A stretch of DNA of 64,000 nucleotides. It comes from Candidatus Doudnabacteria bacterium (lineage in GTDB: Bacteria; Patescibacteriota; Doudnabacteria; UBA920). This document shows, piece after piece, positions 54,034 through 62,914 of the stretch. A program made the position numbers and the translations under genes. The DNA is taken from the NCBI GenBank assembly GCA_963768175.1, contig CAVYGQ010000001.1, positions 766,305 through 830,304 of the forward strand, read 5' to 3'. Numbering within the stretch: position 1 is the first letter of the stretch; each line of letters starts with the position of its first letter. Below the pieces are notes generated by a model that saw only the letters and a program-made list of their open reading frames with translations, ran no database searches and was not told where the DNA came from.

Positions 54034-54291
54034 ATGAAGATATTTTACTCGCCAAAATTCAGGCGCCAATACAAAAAACTGCCCCGCGAAATTCAAACAC
54101 TTGCGGAAAAAAGAGAACAAATATTCCGTAAAAACCCTTTCCACCCAACCTTAAAAACCCACAAGCTCCAAGGCAATCTGGAAAAATTTTGGGCGTTTTC
54201 CATAGACTACAAATACCGGATTATCTTTGAATTCATGCCCGACAAAACCGTCCACTTCCATTCCGTCGGCGACCATGATATTTACGATTAA
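54034..54291 (+). CDS. RelE/ParE-family toxin (85 aa) partnered with the upstream RHH antitoxin
   Basis: MKIFYSPKFRRQYKKLP...KYRIIFEFMPDKTVHFHSVGDHDIYD; start 6 nt after the antitoxin stop; the track ORF 53929..54291 is an upstream read-through extension. Confidence 0.7.
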   Translation: MKIFYSPKFRRQYKKLPREIQTLAEKREQIFRKNPFHPTLKTHKLQGNLEKFWAFSIDYKYRIIFEFMPDKTVHFHSVGDHDIYD

Positions 54292-54449
54292 AAGACATCT
54301 CTTACAAGGGCTGTCTTTTTTAAAAAACCGAAAGCTTTATCAGCGCTACCGGCACCCCGATTAGCGGGCTAAAAATGCCGTCCGTTAAAACCCAATAAAT
54401 TAAGATGCAATTAGCTAAGCGGCTGCCAATATAGTAAAATAACAATACC

Positions 54450-54527
54450 GATACAAATATACGAATTGGACGCGAATAATACGAATTCGTATCATTAGTG
54501 TGGCATTCGTGTATTAGTGTCGCCAAT
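54450..54527 (+). promoter_or_regulatory. conserved leader ending GTCGCCAATATG, paralogous to 24150..24220, directly upstream of ruvB
   Basis: See 24150..24220; the track ORF start 54498 is upstream read-through. Confidence 0.5.
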
Positions 54528-55568
54528 ATGATCACATCTAACCAACAACAAACTGCCCCCCTCTCCGCCCAGCCGGAGGATCGGGAAGAAATAATTATAG
54601 AGCAGACTTTGCGGCCGCAAAGCCTACTTGAGTATGTGGGGCAAACGGGGATAAAAAATAACCTGAAAATTATAATGCAGGCCGCCAAGCAGCGCGGCGA
54701 GGTTTTGGAACATCTTTTATTTTACGGCCCGCCGGGCTTGGGCAAAACCACGCTGGCCTTTATTGTCGCGCGTGAAATGGGCGGCAACATTAAAGTCACT
54801 TCCGGCCCGGCCATCGAACGCGCCGGCGATTTAGCCAGCCTGCTTACCAATTTAAGCGAGGGCGACGTGTTGTTTATAGATGAAATCCACCGCCTGAACA
54901 AAGCCGTGGAAGAAGTCTTGTATCCTGTCATGGAAGACTATGTTTTGGATATAGTTTTAGGCAAAGGCCCGGGCGCGCGCAGCATAAGAATGGATTTGCC
55001 AAAATTTACGCTCATTGGCGCCACCACCAGAATCGGCCTTTTATCTAGCCCCCTGCGCGACCGCTTTGGCGCCACCTACCGTTTGGAGTATTACCCGGAA
55101 GAAGATTTGCAAACCATCATTAGCCGCAACAGCAAAATATTGCAGGCAAAAATTGCCGATGACGCGGCAAAGGAACTTTCCCGGCGCTCGCGCTTTACCC
55201 CGCGCATTGCCAACCGCCTGCTCAAGCGGGTAAGGGATTTTGCCCAAGTCCGCGGCCATGATACAATTAATTTACAAACGGCGAAAGCTGCCTTAGAACT
55301 ATTGGAAATAGACAGCCAAGGGCTGGACAAGAACGACCGCCGGATTTTGGAAACTTTAATCCATAAGTTCTCCGGCAAGCCCGTGGGCCTAAATACCCTG
55401 GCGGCGGCCACGGGCGAAGAAGAAGACACCATAACCGACGTCTATGAACCTTTCTTAATCCGCATGGGAATGATTGCCAAAACTCCAAAGGGCCGCCAAG
55501 CCACGGAAGCGGCATACAGGCATTTGGGGGTAACACCTCCAACTCAAGGGCAACAAACCATCCTTTAA
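54528..55568 (+). CDS. ruvB: Holliday junction branch-migration ATPase RuvB
   Basis: Walker [15 protein letters not shown]; DEIHRL; sensor and arginine-finger motifs; start ATG inside the conserved leader. Confidence 0.92.
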   Translation: MITSNQQQTAPLSAQPEDREEIIIEQTLRPQSLLEYVGQTGIKNNLKIIMQAAKQRGEVLEHLLFYGPPGLGKTTLAFIVAREMGGNIKVTSGPAIERAGDLASLLTNLSEGDVLFIDEIHRLNKAVEEVLYPVMEDYVLDIVLGKGPGARSIRMDLPKFTLIGATTRIGLLSSPLRDRFGATYRLEYYPEEDLQTIISRNSKILQAKIADDAAKELSRRSRFTPRIANRLLKRVRDFAQVRGHDTINLQTAKAALELLEIDSQGLDKNDRRILETLIHKFSGKPVGLNTLAAATGEEEDTITDVYEPFLIRMGMIAKTPKGRQATEAAYRHLGVTPPTQGQQTIL

Positions 55569-55569
55569 C

Positions 55570-55710
55570 AAATCCGAAACACGAAATACGAAATTCGAAA
55601 CAAATCCGAATTTCTAAATTCAAATGTTTTAAGCCCAGGTTTTGAATCTCTGATTTATAATTTAGATATTGTTTCGGATTTCGATATTTGGATTTCGGAT
55701 TTAAATCTAT
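55570..55710. repeat. nested imperfect palindrome (about 45-bp arms of AAATCCGAA/TTCGGATTT-type repeats around an inner ttcaaa...tttgaa palindrome)
   Basis: aaatccgaaacacgaaatacgaaattcgaaacaaatccgaattt ... tgtttcggatttcgatatttggatttcggattt. Confidence 0.6.
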
Positions 55711-55918
55711 GAACTCCACCCCAGCCAATTTACTCATCTCTGGCATCTACTACGTAGTTGTCGGTTTAATAAGCTTTCTGTCTTTGTTCGGCGTCTATAT
55801 TTTACTCCGCTACGGGAAATCCGTAATTTTTTCTTTGGCTTTGGCAATTTTATACGCGATATTTTTTTTGCAAATTTTAGCCGAAACCTACACAACCCTC
55901 CATACATTAATAAGCTGA
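55709..55918 (+). CDS. small membrane protein (69 aa, 2 TM)
   Basis: MNSTPANLLISGIYYVVVGLISFLSLFGVYILL...; two hydrophobic helices. Confidence 0.3.
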   Translation: MNSTPANLLISGIYYVVVGLISFLSLFGVYILLRYGKSVIFSLALAILYAIFFLQILAETYTTLHTLIS

Positions 55919-55920
55919 TA

Positions 55921-56030
55921 CCGATATACCAATTCATACGGATGAGACTGATAATACGGATTACTGGCACCAAAGTGTATCAGTATTATCCGTATCGTCA
56001 GTATTACAATCCGTATATCAGTATCATAAA
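55921..56030. repeat. CCGTAT/ATACGG and CAGTAT short-motif repeat region with inverted copies
   Basis: catacggatgagactgataatacggattactg ... cagtattatccgtatcgtcagtattacaatccgtatatcagtatcat. Confidence 0.55.
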
Positions 56031-56033
56031 ACA

Positions 56034-56588
56034 ATGCCACACAAACTTTTTCCCAGCCAGCAAAGCGACGAAACAATCTATTTGGTGGTGCGCGAGCACT
56101 GGGTGCACTTACTATTAAAAGTTTTGGTCTGGGTTTTTTTCGCCGCGATTTTAGTGGTATTTAACCACTTCTCCCAATCTACCTTTCCCGCCTTAACCCA
56201 AGGGGTAATAGGCCAGGGAGTTTTACTGATTACCCAAATTTACACCATGCTTTTGGTTTTGAGCCTGTTTTTAATTTTTGTTTTTTGGTACCTGAATATC
56301 CAAATAATAACTAGCATCCGCGTGGTAGATGTAAGCCAGGAGGGGCTGTTTGACCACGTTGTTTCCGAACTGCATATAGATAAAATTGAGGATGCCACCA
56401 GCCAGACCGCCGGCATTTTGGGCACAATTTTTAACTACGGAAATGTTTTTGTCCAAACGGCGGGCACGGTGGAGCGTTTTGAATTCCACCACGTGCCGGA
56501 CCCGGCGGCCATAGAAAAAATGGTTCTGGACCTCTACGAAAAAAATTCCAATCTTGCCAAATCAGCGGCGGCGGGGGCGCAAAGTTAG
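56034..56588 (+). CDS. membrane-anchored bacterial PH-domain protein (bPH_2 / YdbS-like)
   Basis: ETIYLVVREHWVHLL motif followed by two TM helices and a PH-like domain. Confidence 0.45.
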   Translation: MPHKLFPSQQSDETIYLVVREHWVHLLLKVLVWVFFAAILVVFNHFSQSTFPALTQGVIGQGVLLITQIYTMLLVLSLFLIFVFWYLNIQIITSIRVVDVSQEGLFDHVVSELHIDKIEDATSQTAGILGTIFNYGNVFVQTAGTVERFEFHHVPDPAAIEKMVLDLYEKNSNLAKSAAAGAQS

Positions 56589-56611
56589 TTATCAATTAAC
56601 AATTATCAATT

Positions 56612-57064
56612 ATGACGACCGTAGCAATTTCCGGCGGGTTTGACCCCATCCACGTCGGCCATATTGAATTGATGCAGGAAGCCAAGGCCCTTGGCGACCG
56701 CTTGGTTGTGATTTTAAACAACAATAACTGGCTGATGAAAAAAAAGGGCTTTGTGTTTATGGACGAAAAAGAGCGGGCGGCTATTATAAAAGCCGTAAAG
56801 TATGTTGATGATGTGTTAATTACCAGTCATCCGGAAAATCCCGATGATATGTCGGTTAGCAGCGAGTTAGAGAAACTCAAACCCGATATTTTTGCCAATG
56901 GTGGCGATAGAAACGAAGCAGACGCGGCAAACCCACAATCATCGCTCTATAAAGATATTAAAACTTGCGAACGCATAGGAATTAAGATAGTCTACAATGT
57001 CGGCAAAAGCGGCAAAATCCAAAGCTCCAGCGATTTGGTAAAACGGGTAAGAGAAAACAAATAA
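56612..57064 (+). CDS. cytidylyltransferase-like nucleotidyltransferase (TagD / RfaE domain II type, HxGH motif)
   Basis: ISGGFDPIHVGHIELM (HxGH); 150 aa. Confidence 0.7.
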   Translation: MTTVAISGGFDPIHVGHIELMQEAKALGDRLVVILNNNNWLMKKKGFVFMDEKERAAIIKAVKYVDDVLITSHPENPDDMSVSSELEKLKPDIFANGGDRNEADAANPQSSLYKDIKTCERIGIKIVYNVGKSGKIQSSSDLVKRVRENK

Positions 57065-57072
57065 TCCTGTTG

Positions 57073-57110
57073 GCGTCATTCTGATCCGCCGGAGGCGGAG
57101 AAGAATCTCA
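57073..57110. mobile_element. truncated MITE-like copy (left terminal inverted repeat plus gaagaatctc)
   Basis: ggcgtcattctga...gaagaatctc. Confidence 0.55.
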
Positions 57111-57120
57111 AAAAAATCAA

Positions 57121-57153
57121 GGCCGGGAAGCGCGCAAGCGCCCCGGCCTTTTG
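57121..57153. terminator. bidirectional intrinsic terminator (ggccggg-aagcgcgcaagcg-ccccggcc plus U-tract)
   Basis: GC stem with T-runs on both sides. Confidence 0.6.
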
Positions 57154-57179
57154 CTACTTTTGTCATGGCATCCTCCTTT

Positions 57180-58298
57180 TTACCACGGCAGATGGAATTG
57201 CGGTTTGAACCCCAAACCCTCCAGCCATGGCACGCCTTCTTTAAAAGAGAGTGTGTAGACAGGAAATTGGGGTTGTCCGCCGATTGATGTATACCCGCCG
57301 ACCGCTGTGGAACAATCAAGGGTAAACAGACAGCCGCCGCCGCGCGCGCAGTGGGCGGAACGGTCAAAGTGTTCGCGCGTGGAAAACCAAACCAACGAAC
57401 CTGGTAGTGCCAAGAAATACAAAGCACCAACAAGTTCGTACTCGTCATCCACATAAGGAACAGCATTGATCTGAGTGTTCGGCCCCGGCTTCCATCGAGG
57501 CATCCCGAATATCACATTTGCGCCATACTCATTGGAGAGATACTGCGCGTGCTCAATGGTTGCCAGTGCTTCAAACCGCCAGTCCGCTAATCCTCCTAAA
57601 AAAGCGAGACCGACAGTCTTGATACCGCCCTGAAGTGCTCTGTCATGAGCGTCGAGACGATATTCAAAGTTGGATTTGGGTCCGCAGGGATGTTTTTCGC
57701 GATAAACTTCTGGCAGGTAAGTTTCTTGCCAAACAATCGCAAAGGTACAACCTGCGGCTTCAAGTTGGCGGTAGTCTTTCGCCTCCTGAAGCGGGAAGAA
57801 ATTGATGCCGACATTTTTCGTCCCAGCATCATTTACCGCCTGCACGAACTGGGCGGCCCTTTCCGCCTTCAGTAGTTCCGAGTCAGTTGCAGCAACTAAC
57901 TCAATATCACCGTAACCGAGACTAAGAAGGTGTTGGGCTTCGGCCCTGGTTTCTTCAACCGTTAGCCGCCGAACCTGCTCTGTTGGAACATTCCTGTTCC
58001 GCCAAGGACAGTAGACACAATGGTCAAGGCAGCCACCGCGCTTGGGGTCGCCGCCGCTGATGTAAAGTGGCGGCATCAAAAATAACCTACCGCCCCACTT
58101 TTTGGTTCGCCGGGCTACTGCCTCCTCAATAATCCGATACCGAAGCATAGGATTTGAAAAAGCCGCAACCAGTGCCGCAACCTGTCGCAATAACAGGTCG
58201 GGTTCACCAAGAATCTCTTCTACCTCCATCGAGTTGGGTACAGACCGATGCAGAAGAGAAAAGATTGAACCCGGATCAAAAACCTTGCTAAACATCAT
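57180..58298 (-). CDS. radical SAM protein (CxxxCxYC motif, BioB/ThiH-like) in a GC-rich island
   Basis: GGCLDHCVYCPW; about 55% GC against a roughly 43% background. Confidence 0.65.
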   Translation of the reverse strand: MMFSKVFDPGSIFSLLHRSVPNSMEVEEILGEPDLLLRQVAALVAAFSNPMLRYRIIEEAVARRTKKWGGRLFLMPPLYISGGDPKRGGCLDHCVYCPWRNRNVPTEQVRRLTVEETRAEAQHLLSLGYGDIELVAATDSELLKAERAAQFVQAVNDAGTKNVGINFFPLQEAKDYRQLEAAGCTFAIVWQETYLPEVYREKHPCGPKSNFEYRLDAHDRALQGGIKTVGLAFLGGLADWRFEALATIEHAQYLSNEYGANVIFGMPRWKPGPNTQINAVPYVDDEYELVGALYFLALPGSLVWFSTREHFDRSAHCARGGGCLFTLDCSTAVGGYTSIGGQPQFPVYTLSFKEGVPWLEGLGFKPQFHLPW

Positions 58299-59050
58299 CC
58301 TCTCCTGTAAAGCCCTGCGAGCATGCGAAGGTCGTCGTAGTTAGCGGTTACCACCTCTTCAAACCATGCATGCGTCATACGCCTATGAAGCTGGTCTGGA
58401 GTTGGTTTGTAAGAGACGAGGAGATCCTCGCCTTCACAGGCTATGTGCATCGTGGCAGTCTGATCATCATACCAGACACAGATGTTGCCGGCGTCCACCT
58501 TATGCCCGCTTTGCGAAAGCAATTCAAACACTGGCGGGATAAGATAAGAATCAAACATTCGGTCGTGTGGCTGTTCAACGGTTAGGAGAAACAAGTCTTC
58601 TTTTTCCATCACCTGATAAGTGTTCTCATCCATCTGATGATTAGAAAAAATAACGCCGTTTGCCACGAGAATAATCAGCACCGGCCCGCCAGCTTCCATC
58701 GCTAATCTGATGAGACCACAAGGAATCTCAACATCTTTTGCGATGGCCAAAAAATCTACATTCGGGTATTGAACTTGCAGATTCTGACGCGACCGTTCAA
58801 CGACCCCTGGAACGATATCATTGAGTACATATTCCTGAATTCCGGGTATGGCGTTCACGATGGCGGGCACTTCCCGCCCCGTGGAGCTGGCCAGATGCAG
58901 CACGCTCAGTATTCTGGGAACATAGGCGGCTACGGCTGGCAGAAAGCGTATTAAGGCAGCGAGTTCGCGCTGCCCCAAATCATACTTAGGGTGGCCGGCA
59001 ATCGCCTGCCAAAGACCATCTTTATACAACAATTTTGTCTGCATTGTCAC
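58295..59050 (-). CDS. hypothetical protein, possibly EgtD-like (Methyltransf_33) SAM-dependent methyltransferase; 4-nt overlap with the radical SAM gene
   Basis: Weak resemblance (RELAALIRF...LSVLHLASSTGREV against the EgtD ...ELGSGSS... block); GC-rich like its neighbour. Confidence 0.3.
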   Translation of the reverse strand: MTMQTKLLYKDGLWQAIAGHPKYDLGQRELAALIRFLPAVAAYVPRILSVLHLASSTGREVPAIVNAIPGIQEYVLNDIVPGVVERSRQNLQVQYPNVDFLAIAKDVEIPCGLIRLAMEAGGPVLIILVANGVIFSNHQMDENTYQVMEKEDLFLLTVEQPHDRMFDSYLIPPVFELLSQSGHKVDAGNICVWYDDQTATMHIACEGEDLLVSYKPTPDQLHRRMTHAWFEEVVTANYDDLRMLAGLYRRG

Positions 59051-59193
59051 TCCTTTAAATTGACCAATAAATATACTTCATTTGTCAATAATTATCTTAT
59101 GATTGGGTTAAAAATTGACTTTTTGCCAAATTTAAGCTATAATATAACCATAAATCATCATAATTTTTTGACGATAATAGACAATTCATTATT

Positions 59194-59240
59194 TCTCTCC
59201 TCCTTTGGGGGAGATGCCCCGCCAAAGGCGGGGCAGAGAG
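59194..59240. repeat. C/G palindromic element (gccccgcc-aaag-gcggggc hairpin) immediately upstream of the TrmB-like gene start
   Basis: tctcctcctttgggggagatgccccgccaaaggcggggcagagaggg. Confidence 0.55.
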
Positions 59241-59246
59241 GGTTTT

Positions 59247-60017
59247 ATGGTTAACGATAATCAAATCCAGCCCATTTTAGCCGGCCTTGGGCTGGATCAG
59301 CTGGAAATTAACTGCTATCTAGGCCTGCTTAAAAAAAGCCCGCAACGGGCTTCGGAGCTAGCCAAAAAATTTGAGGCCCCGAAGGCTACGGTTTTGGTGG
59401 CGCTTTACCGACTTAGCGATCGCTTTGGCATTATCAGGCGCACCAAACAAAAAAACAGCTTCCTGTTTTGGGTGGAAGATGTAAACGACTTATTGAATTA
59501 TGCCAGCAGGCAGGAGCAAAAATTATCAGAAAATAAAAAAACCATTGGGCGGCTATTGCCGGAGCTGCGCGCGATGATGAATTTGGACGCGGTCAAACCG
59601 CAAATTTCCTATTATGAAGGCAAGGAAGGATTAAAAAAAGCTTTTGAGTCGGTTTTGGAAGAAGCTGATGAAATTATTGGCTATGGCAGTAACGAGGACG
59701 ACATAAAATATCTGCCCGATCTTTACCCAAACTATTACGAACGAAGGGTCAAAAGGAAAATTCCAGTTAAGGCGATTATTCCCGCCACGGATTTTAATGT
59801 TAAAATTTTTTCCAATAACATTAAAGAATTAAGAAACGCGCATCTGATACCAAAGGAGTTTAATTACCCAATCCAAGTCAACATTTACAAACACACCGCC
59901 GTATTTTATTCCTTTGAAGAAAGTTTCGCGCTCATAATAAAAAGCCGGCCCATTGCCGACTGCCTGAAAAAAATATTTGAATTGGCTTTTGACAAAGCCG
60001 GGGAAACAAAAAATTAA
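59247..60017 (+). CDS. TrmB-family transcriptional regulator (N-terminal wHTH plus C-terminal effector domain); start at MVNDNQ
   Basis: LGLDQLEINCYLGLLKKSPQRASELAKKFEAPKATVLVALYRL resembles the TrmB HTH. Confidence 0.5.
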   Translation: MVNDNQIQPILAGLGLDQLEINCYLGLLKKSPQRASELAKKFEAPKATVLVALYRLSDRFGIIRRTKQKNSFLFWVEDVNDLLNYASRQEQKLSENKKTIGRLLPELRAMMNLDAVKPQISYYEGKEGLKKAFESVLEEADEIIGYGSNEDDIKYLPDLYPNYYERRVKRKIPVKAIIPATDFNVKIFSNNIKELRNAHLIPKEFNYPIQVNIYKHTAVFYSFEESFALIIKSRPIADCLKKIFELAFDKAGETKN

Positions 60018-60021
60018 AACC

Positions 60022-60747
60022 TTAACGGATAACTTTCCACTCTTCGTCCGCGGAGCGGTTTAGAAAAACCAGCGAGAGCCAGTTGGCGGTCCATTGCCAC
60101 AAAAGTTTTGGCCAGCCTATGGCATGAGGCCTCCGACCAGTATGATAAAGAAGAAGTTTGGGGTCGGTCTTGGTGCGGCCGACTTTGGCCAGGCGGCGTG
60201 GCAAATCCTGGTCTTCATCCACAGCAAGATCTTCGCGATAGCCGCCGACTTTGTTAAAATCCGCCCTGCGCATCATCGCAAACTCGCCACAGCCGGCGCC
60301 GGTCTTTAAAATATTATTGTATAACACCAATGACCAGTTGGTTAAAATGCCGTAACCGATTTTATCACCCAGCGTTTCCATTCCCTTAAACACCTTTAGC
60401 CAACCACTTAAGGCCGCAAGTTTTTGATCGGCTTCAAAGTGCTTAACGGCTCGGGTAAAAAATCTGTCCGGCTCCGGTACATAAATATCGGCGTCCAAAA
60501 ATACCAAAAATTCCCCTAAGGCTTGCCTTGCCCCTAAATTTTTGGCCTGTCCGATGGTCTGCCGCTTTTGACCATCATAAATCACTATTTTGTCCGTATA
60601 GCGCTGCGCTATTTGCGCGGTTTGGTCTTTGCTTCCGCCATCGGAAACTATAATTTCATAATCAAAAGCGATTATGGTTTTTAAATTTTTCAGCAACTTT
60701 TCTATAACTTTTTCTTCCTGCAATGTCGGAATAACAAAAGATATCAT
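60022..60747 (-). CDS. family 2 glycosyltransferase (polyprenyl-phosphate sugar transferase-like)
   Basis: FVIPTLQEE...YEIIVSDGGSKD...FLDADIY (GT-A DxD). Confidence 0.75.
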   Translation of the reverse strand: MISFVIPTLQEEKVIEKLLKNLKTIIAFDYEIIVSDGGSKDQTAQIAQRYTDKIVIYDGQKRQTIGQAKNLGARQALGEFLVFLDADIYVPEPDRFFTRAVKHFEADQKLAALSGWLKVFKGMETLGDKIGYGILTNWSLVLYNNILKTGAGCGEFAMMRRADFNKVGGYREDLAVDEDQDLPRRLAKVGRTKTDPKLLLYHTGRRPHAIGWPKLLWQWTANWLSLVFLNRSADEEWKVIR

Positions 60748-61352
60748 ATTTTGCTTTTTAGTAATAATGTCTTAAAGTACCGCCCGCCGCCGTAAATCAA
60801 CCCCATCATCAAAACCACCAAGCCGACGATAAACACAACCTTAAAGCCTTTATTTAACACCGCATAGAGATTGCCGAAAAAATATCCCAAAGACAGCAAA
60901 ATACCGGTCCAAATAAACCCGCCCAAAAGATTAAACAGCGCGTACCGCCTAAACGGTATGCGGACAATCCCCGCGGTAAGCAGGGTAGCTACGGCAAAGC
61001 CAAGCCCCATAGTAATTTTGGAAATAAACAAAATTTTATCCTGGTGCTTATGAAAAAAAATTTCCAGCTTTTCCAACACTTCCGGCGTCAGACTAAAATA
61101 TCTTCCAAAGCGGTCCACAAAGCGCCGCCCGCCGTAAAAGCCGACCCAATACCAAACCAAGTCCGCGACAAAATCCCCGAACATTAAAGACAAATATATC
61201 GGCCAAAAATAAAAAAAGTTCAGCCGCAATAAAATGCCGCTGGCCACCATAACCATGGGTCCCTCAACAATGGCTAATACAAAAGTCAGCAAGTAGCGGT
61301 AATACGCCAGGCCGGCGAGAAAATTTTGAAAAGCCCCAAATACAAAATTCAT
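60744..61352 (-). CDS. DedA/SNARE-associated family membrane protein
   Basis: VWYWVGFYGGRRFV...; 4-5 TM segments. Confidence 0.65.
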   Translation of the reverse strand: MNFVFGAFQNFLAGLAYYRYLLTFVLAIVEGPMVMVASGILLRLNFFYFWPIYLSLMFGDFVADLVWYWVGFYGGRRFVDRFGRYFSLTPEVLEKLEIFFHKHQDKILFISKITMGLGFAVATLLTAGIVRIPFRRYALFNLLGGFIWTGILLSLGYFFGNLYAVLNKGFKVVFIVGLVVLMMGLIYGGGRYFKTLLLKSKI

Positions 61353-61362
61353 AATTTAAAAA

Positions 61363-61710
61363 CTACATTTCCACGTAAATCGCGTAGACCGCCCGCTGGC
61401 CCAAAACCTCGTTTAGCGCCGTAATTATCCGTTCTGCCATTAGCTTTATTTTATAAGCTGTCTCGCGCGACAGACAGGCAACAGTTAAAACACCTCTATT
61501 AAAATCCACCGCTTGGGTTTGACTTTGGGCTTCTTCTACGAAACCGGAAATAACTTTCTGCCAACATTGCAACACTTTATGGCGATAAAAGGCATTTTCT
61601 AAATGATACTCCCTGGCGGTATTTTTTAAAAGCCTGCCTATTGGTATAAACCCGCCTTGCCTGATGGCAGTCGAGGCGGGGCCTTTGTGGAAATTTTGTT
61701 TCGTAACCAT
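61363..61710 (-). CDS. DUF721 (DciA-like) protein, typical recF neighbour
   Basis: ...QCWQKVISGFVE...GVLTVACLSRETAYKIKLMAERIITALNEVLG... Confidence 0.6.
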   Translation of the reverse strand: MVTKQNFHKGPASTAIRQGGFIPIGRLLKNTAREYHLENAFYRHKVLQCWQKVISGFVEEAQSQTQAVDFNRGVLTVACLSRETAYKIKLMAERIITALNEVLGQRAVYAIYVEM

Positions 61711-61730
61711 TTTAATATTGGCCAGGTTTT

Positions 61731-62825
61731 TTAATTTGTTTCCACTTCCTCTTCTTCCAGCGCAGGAGTTAAGGTTATATGCTGGGCAGGCATTTCCAAG
61801 GGATAAGTGGTAGTAATAAACGTCTGAAATTTGCCTTGCAAATATTTAAGCAAAAATGTGCGCCGGGTTTCGTCCAGTTCGGAAAGCACGTCGTCTAAAA
61901 GTAAAACCGGCTTTTCTTCCCCACGGCTTAAAAATTCCAACTCCAAAATTTTTAAAGCCAGCACTTGGCTGCGCAATTCGCCCCGGGAAGAAAATGGGGA
62001 CAAAAACAGGCCGTCGCTTTTTAAGGAAAAATCGTCGCGGTGGGGGCCAACCAGGCAAGTAGCCAAAAACGCCTCTTTTTTGGCGAAAGTTGCCAGCTTC
62101 TCTCTGAAACTTTGGGTTATTTCTTCCGAAGTGTCCCCTGATAGGGTATCATAAGCCACTTCCACGGGCCGATGGAAACCAGAAATGGTAGTGTAAATTT
62201 CCGCCATACTGGTATTTAAAAAGCTAATAAGCTTTTTTCGCTCCAAAATTATGCCGCTGCCAAGAGCAATTAGCTGTTCGTTCCATTCCGCCAAATCTTC
62301 CCCTTGGCTCCTCCCAGCTTTTATATCCTGCAAAAGGCGGGTTTTTTGGAATAAGGCTTTTTTATATTTTCCCAGCGCGTCCAAGTATTCCAAATTCTTT
62401 TGAGCTAACACCATATTTAAATACTTGCGGCGCGATTCTGGCGGTTTGTTAAACATGTCCACGTCCGTAGGGTCAAATATTACCACGCTTAAAAAGCCCT
62501 GGGCATCACGGCGTTTCTTTTTTATTCCGTCAATTAAAAAATTGGCGTAAATTTTGTCCCGCCTTTCCAAATAAATGGCCAAAGAGTGAGTTTGACCTTC
62601 CTTTTCCAAAACCAATTTCAGTTCAAGGCTGGCCGCATCCTTTAAAAAAATAAATTCCGTGTCGTCGCGAAAAGACTTAAACAAGGAGGCAAAATATACT
62701 GACTCTAGCAAATTGGTTTTCCCTACTGCGTTTGGACCTGTTAGTACTACAATGTCGCTCTTTATTTCTATGTTTAATTCTGGATAATTACGGAAGTTCT
62801 TTATCTCAATATTTTTTATTCTCAT
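61731..62825 (-). CDS. recF: DNA replication and repair protein RecF
   Basis: Walker A VLTGPNAVGKTNLLES; SMC-like signature; Walker B LLLDDVLSELD. Confidence 0.92.
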   Translation of the reverse strand: MRIKNIEIKNFRNYPELNIEIKSDIVVLTGPNAVGKTNLLESVYFASLFKSFRDDTEFIFLKDAASLELKLVLEKEGQTHSLAIYLERRDKIYANFLIDGIKKKRRDAQGFLSVVIFDPTDVDMFNKPPESRRKYLNMVLAQKNLEYLDALGKYKKALFQKTRLLQDIKAGRSQGEDLAEWNEQLIALGSGIILERKKLISFLNTSMAEIYTTISGFHRPVEVAYDTLSGDTSEEITQSFREKLATFAKKEAFLATCLVGPHRDDFSLKSDGLFLSPFSSRGELRSQVLALKILELEFLSRGEEKPVLLLDDVLSELDETRRTFLLKYLQGKFQTFITTTYPLEMPAQHITLTPALEEEEVETN

Positions 62826-62912
62826 ATAGCGGCCCTAATAACCGAATACATCCGAATGCCCCGACTTGGGCCCATTTCGGGTCGTTCGGGCACCGTTCGT
62901 AGATTCGGGTCA
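62826..62912 (-). promoter_or_regulatory. CGAAT-rich promoter-associated element with core GACCCGAATCTACGAA (minus-strand sense) upstream of recF
   Basis: Reverse complement of caccgttcgtagattcgggtcag; ends ...ccgctatATG. Confidence 0.5.
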
Positions 62913-62914
62913 GT

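Noticed and set aside
54320-54688. 122-aa minus-strand ORF overlapping the ruvB leader and 5' end
   Set aside because: It is antisense to the conserved leader element and the ruvB start, and it has no motif or RBS.
56939-57466. 175-aa minus-strand ORF running through the terminator, the partial MITE and antisense into the cytidylyltransferase gene
   Set aside because: It crosses an intrinsic terminator hairpin and a repeat element. An upstream AGGAGG-ATG is present but the frame is implausible as a gene.
57161-59062. Short direct repeat (tgtca...tcctttt) at both edges of the GC-rich island as a possible att-site or target-site duplication
   Set aside because: The match is only about 9-10 scattered positions and is not convincing without a comparison genome.
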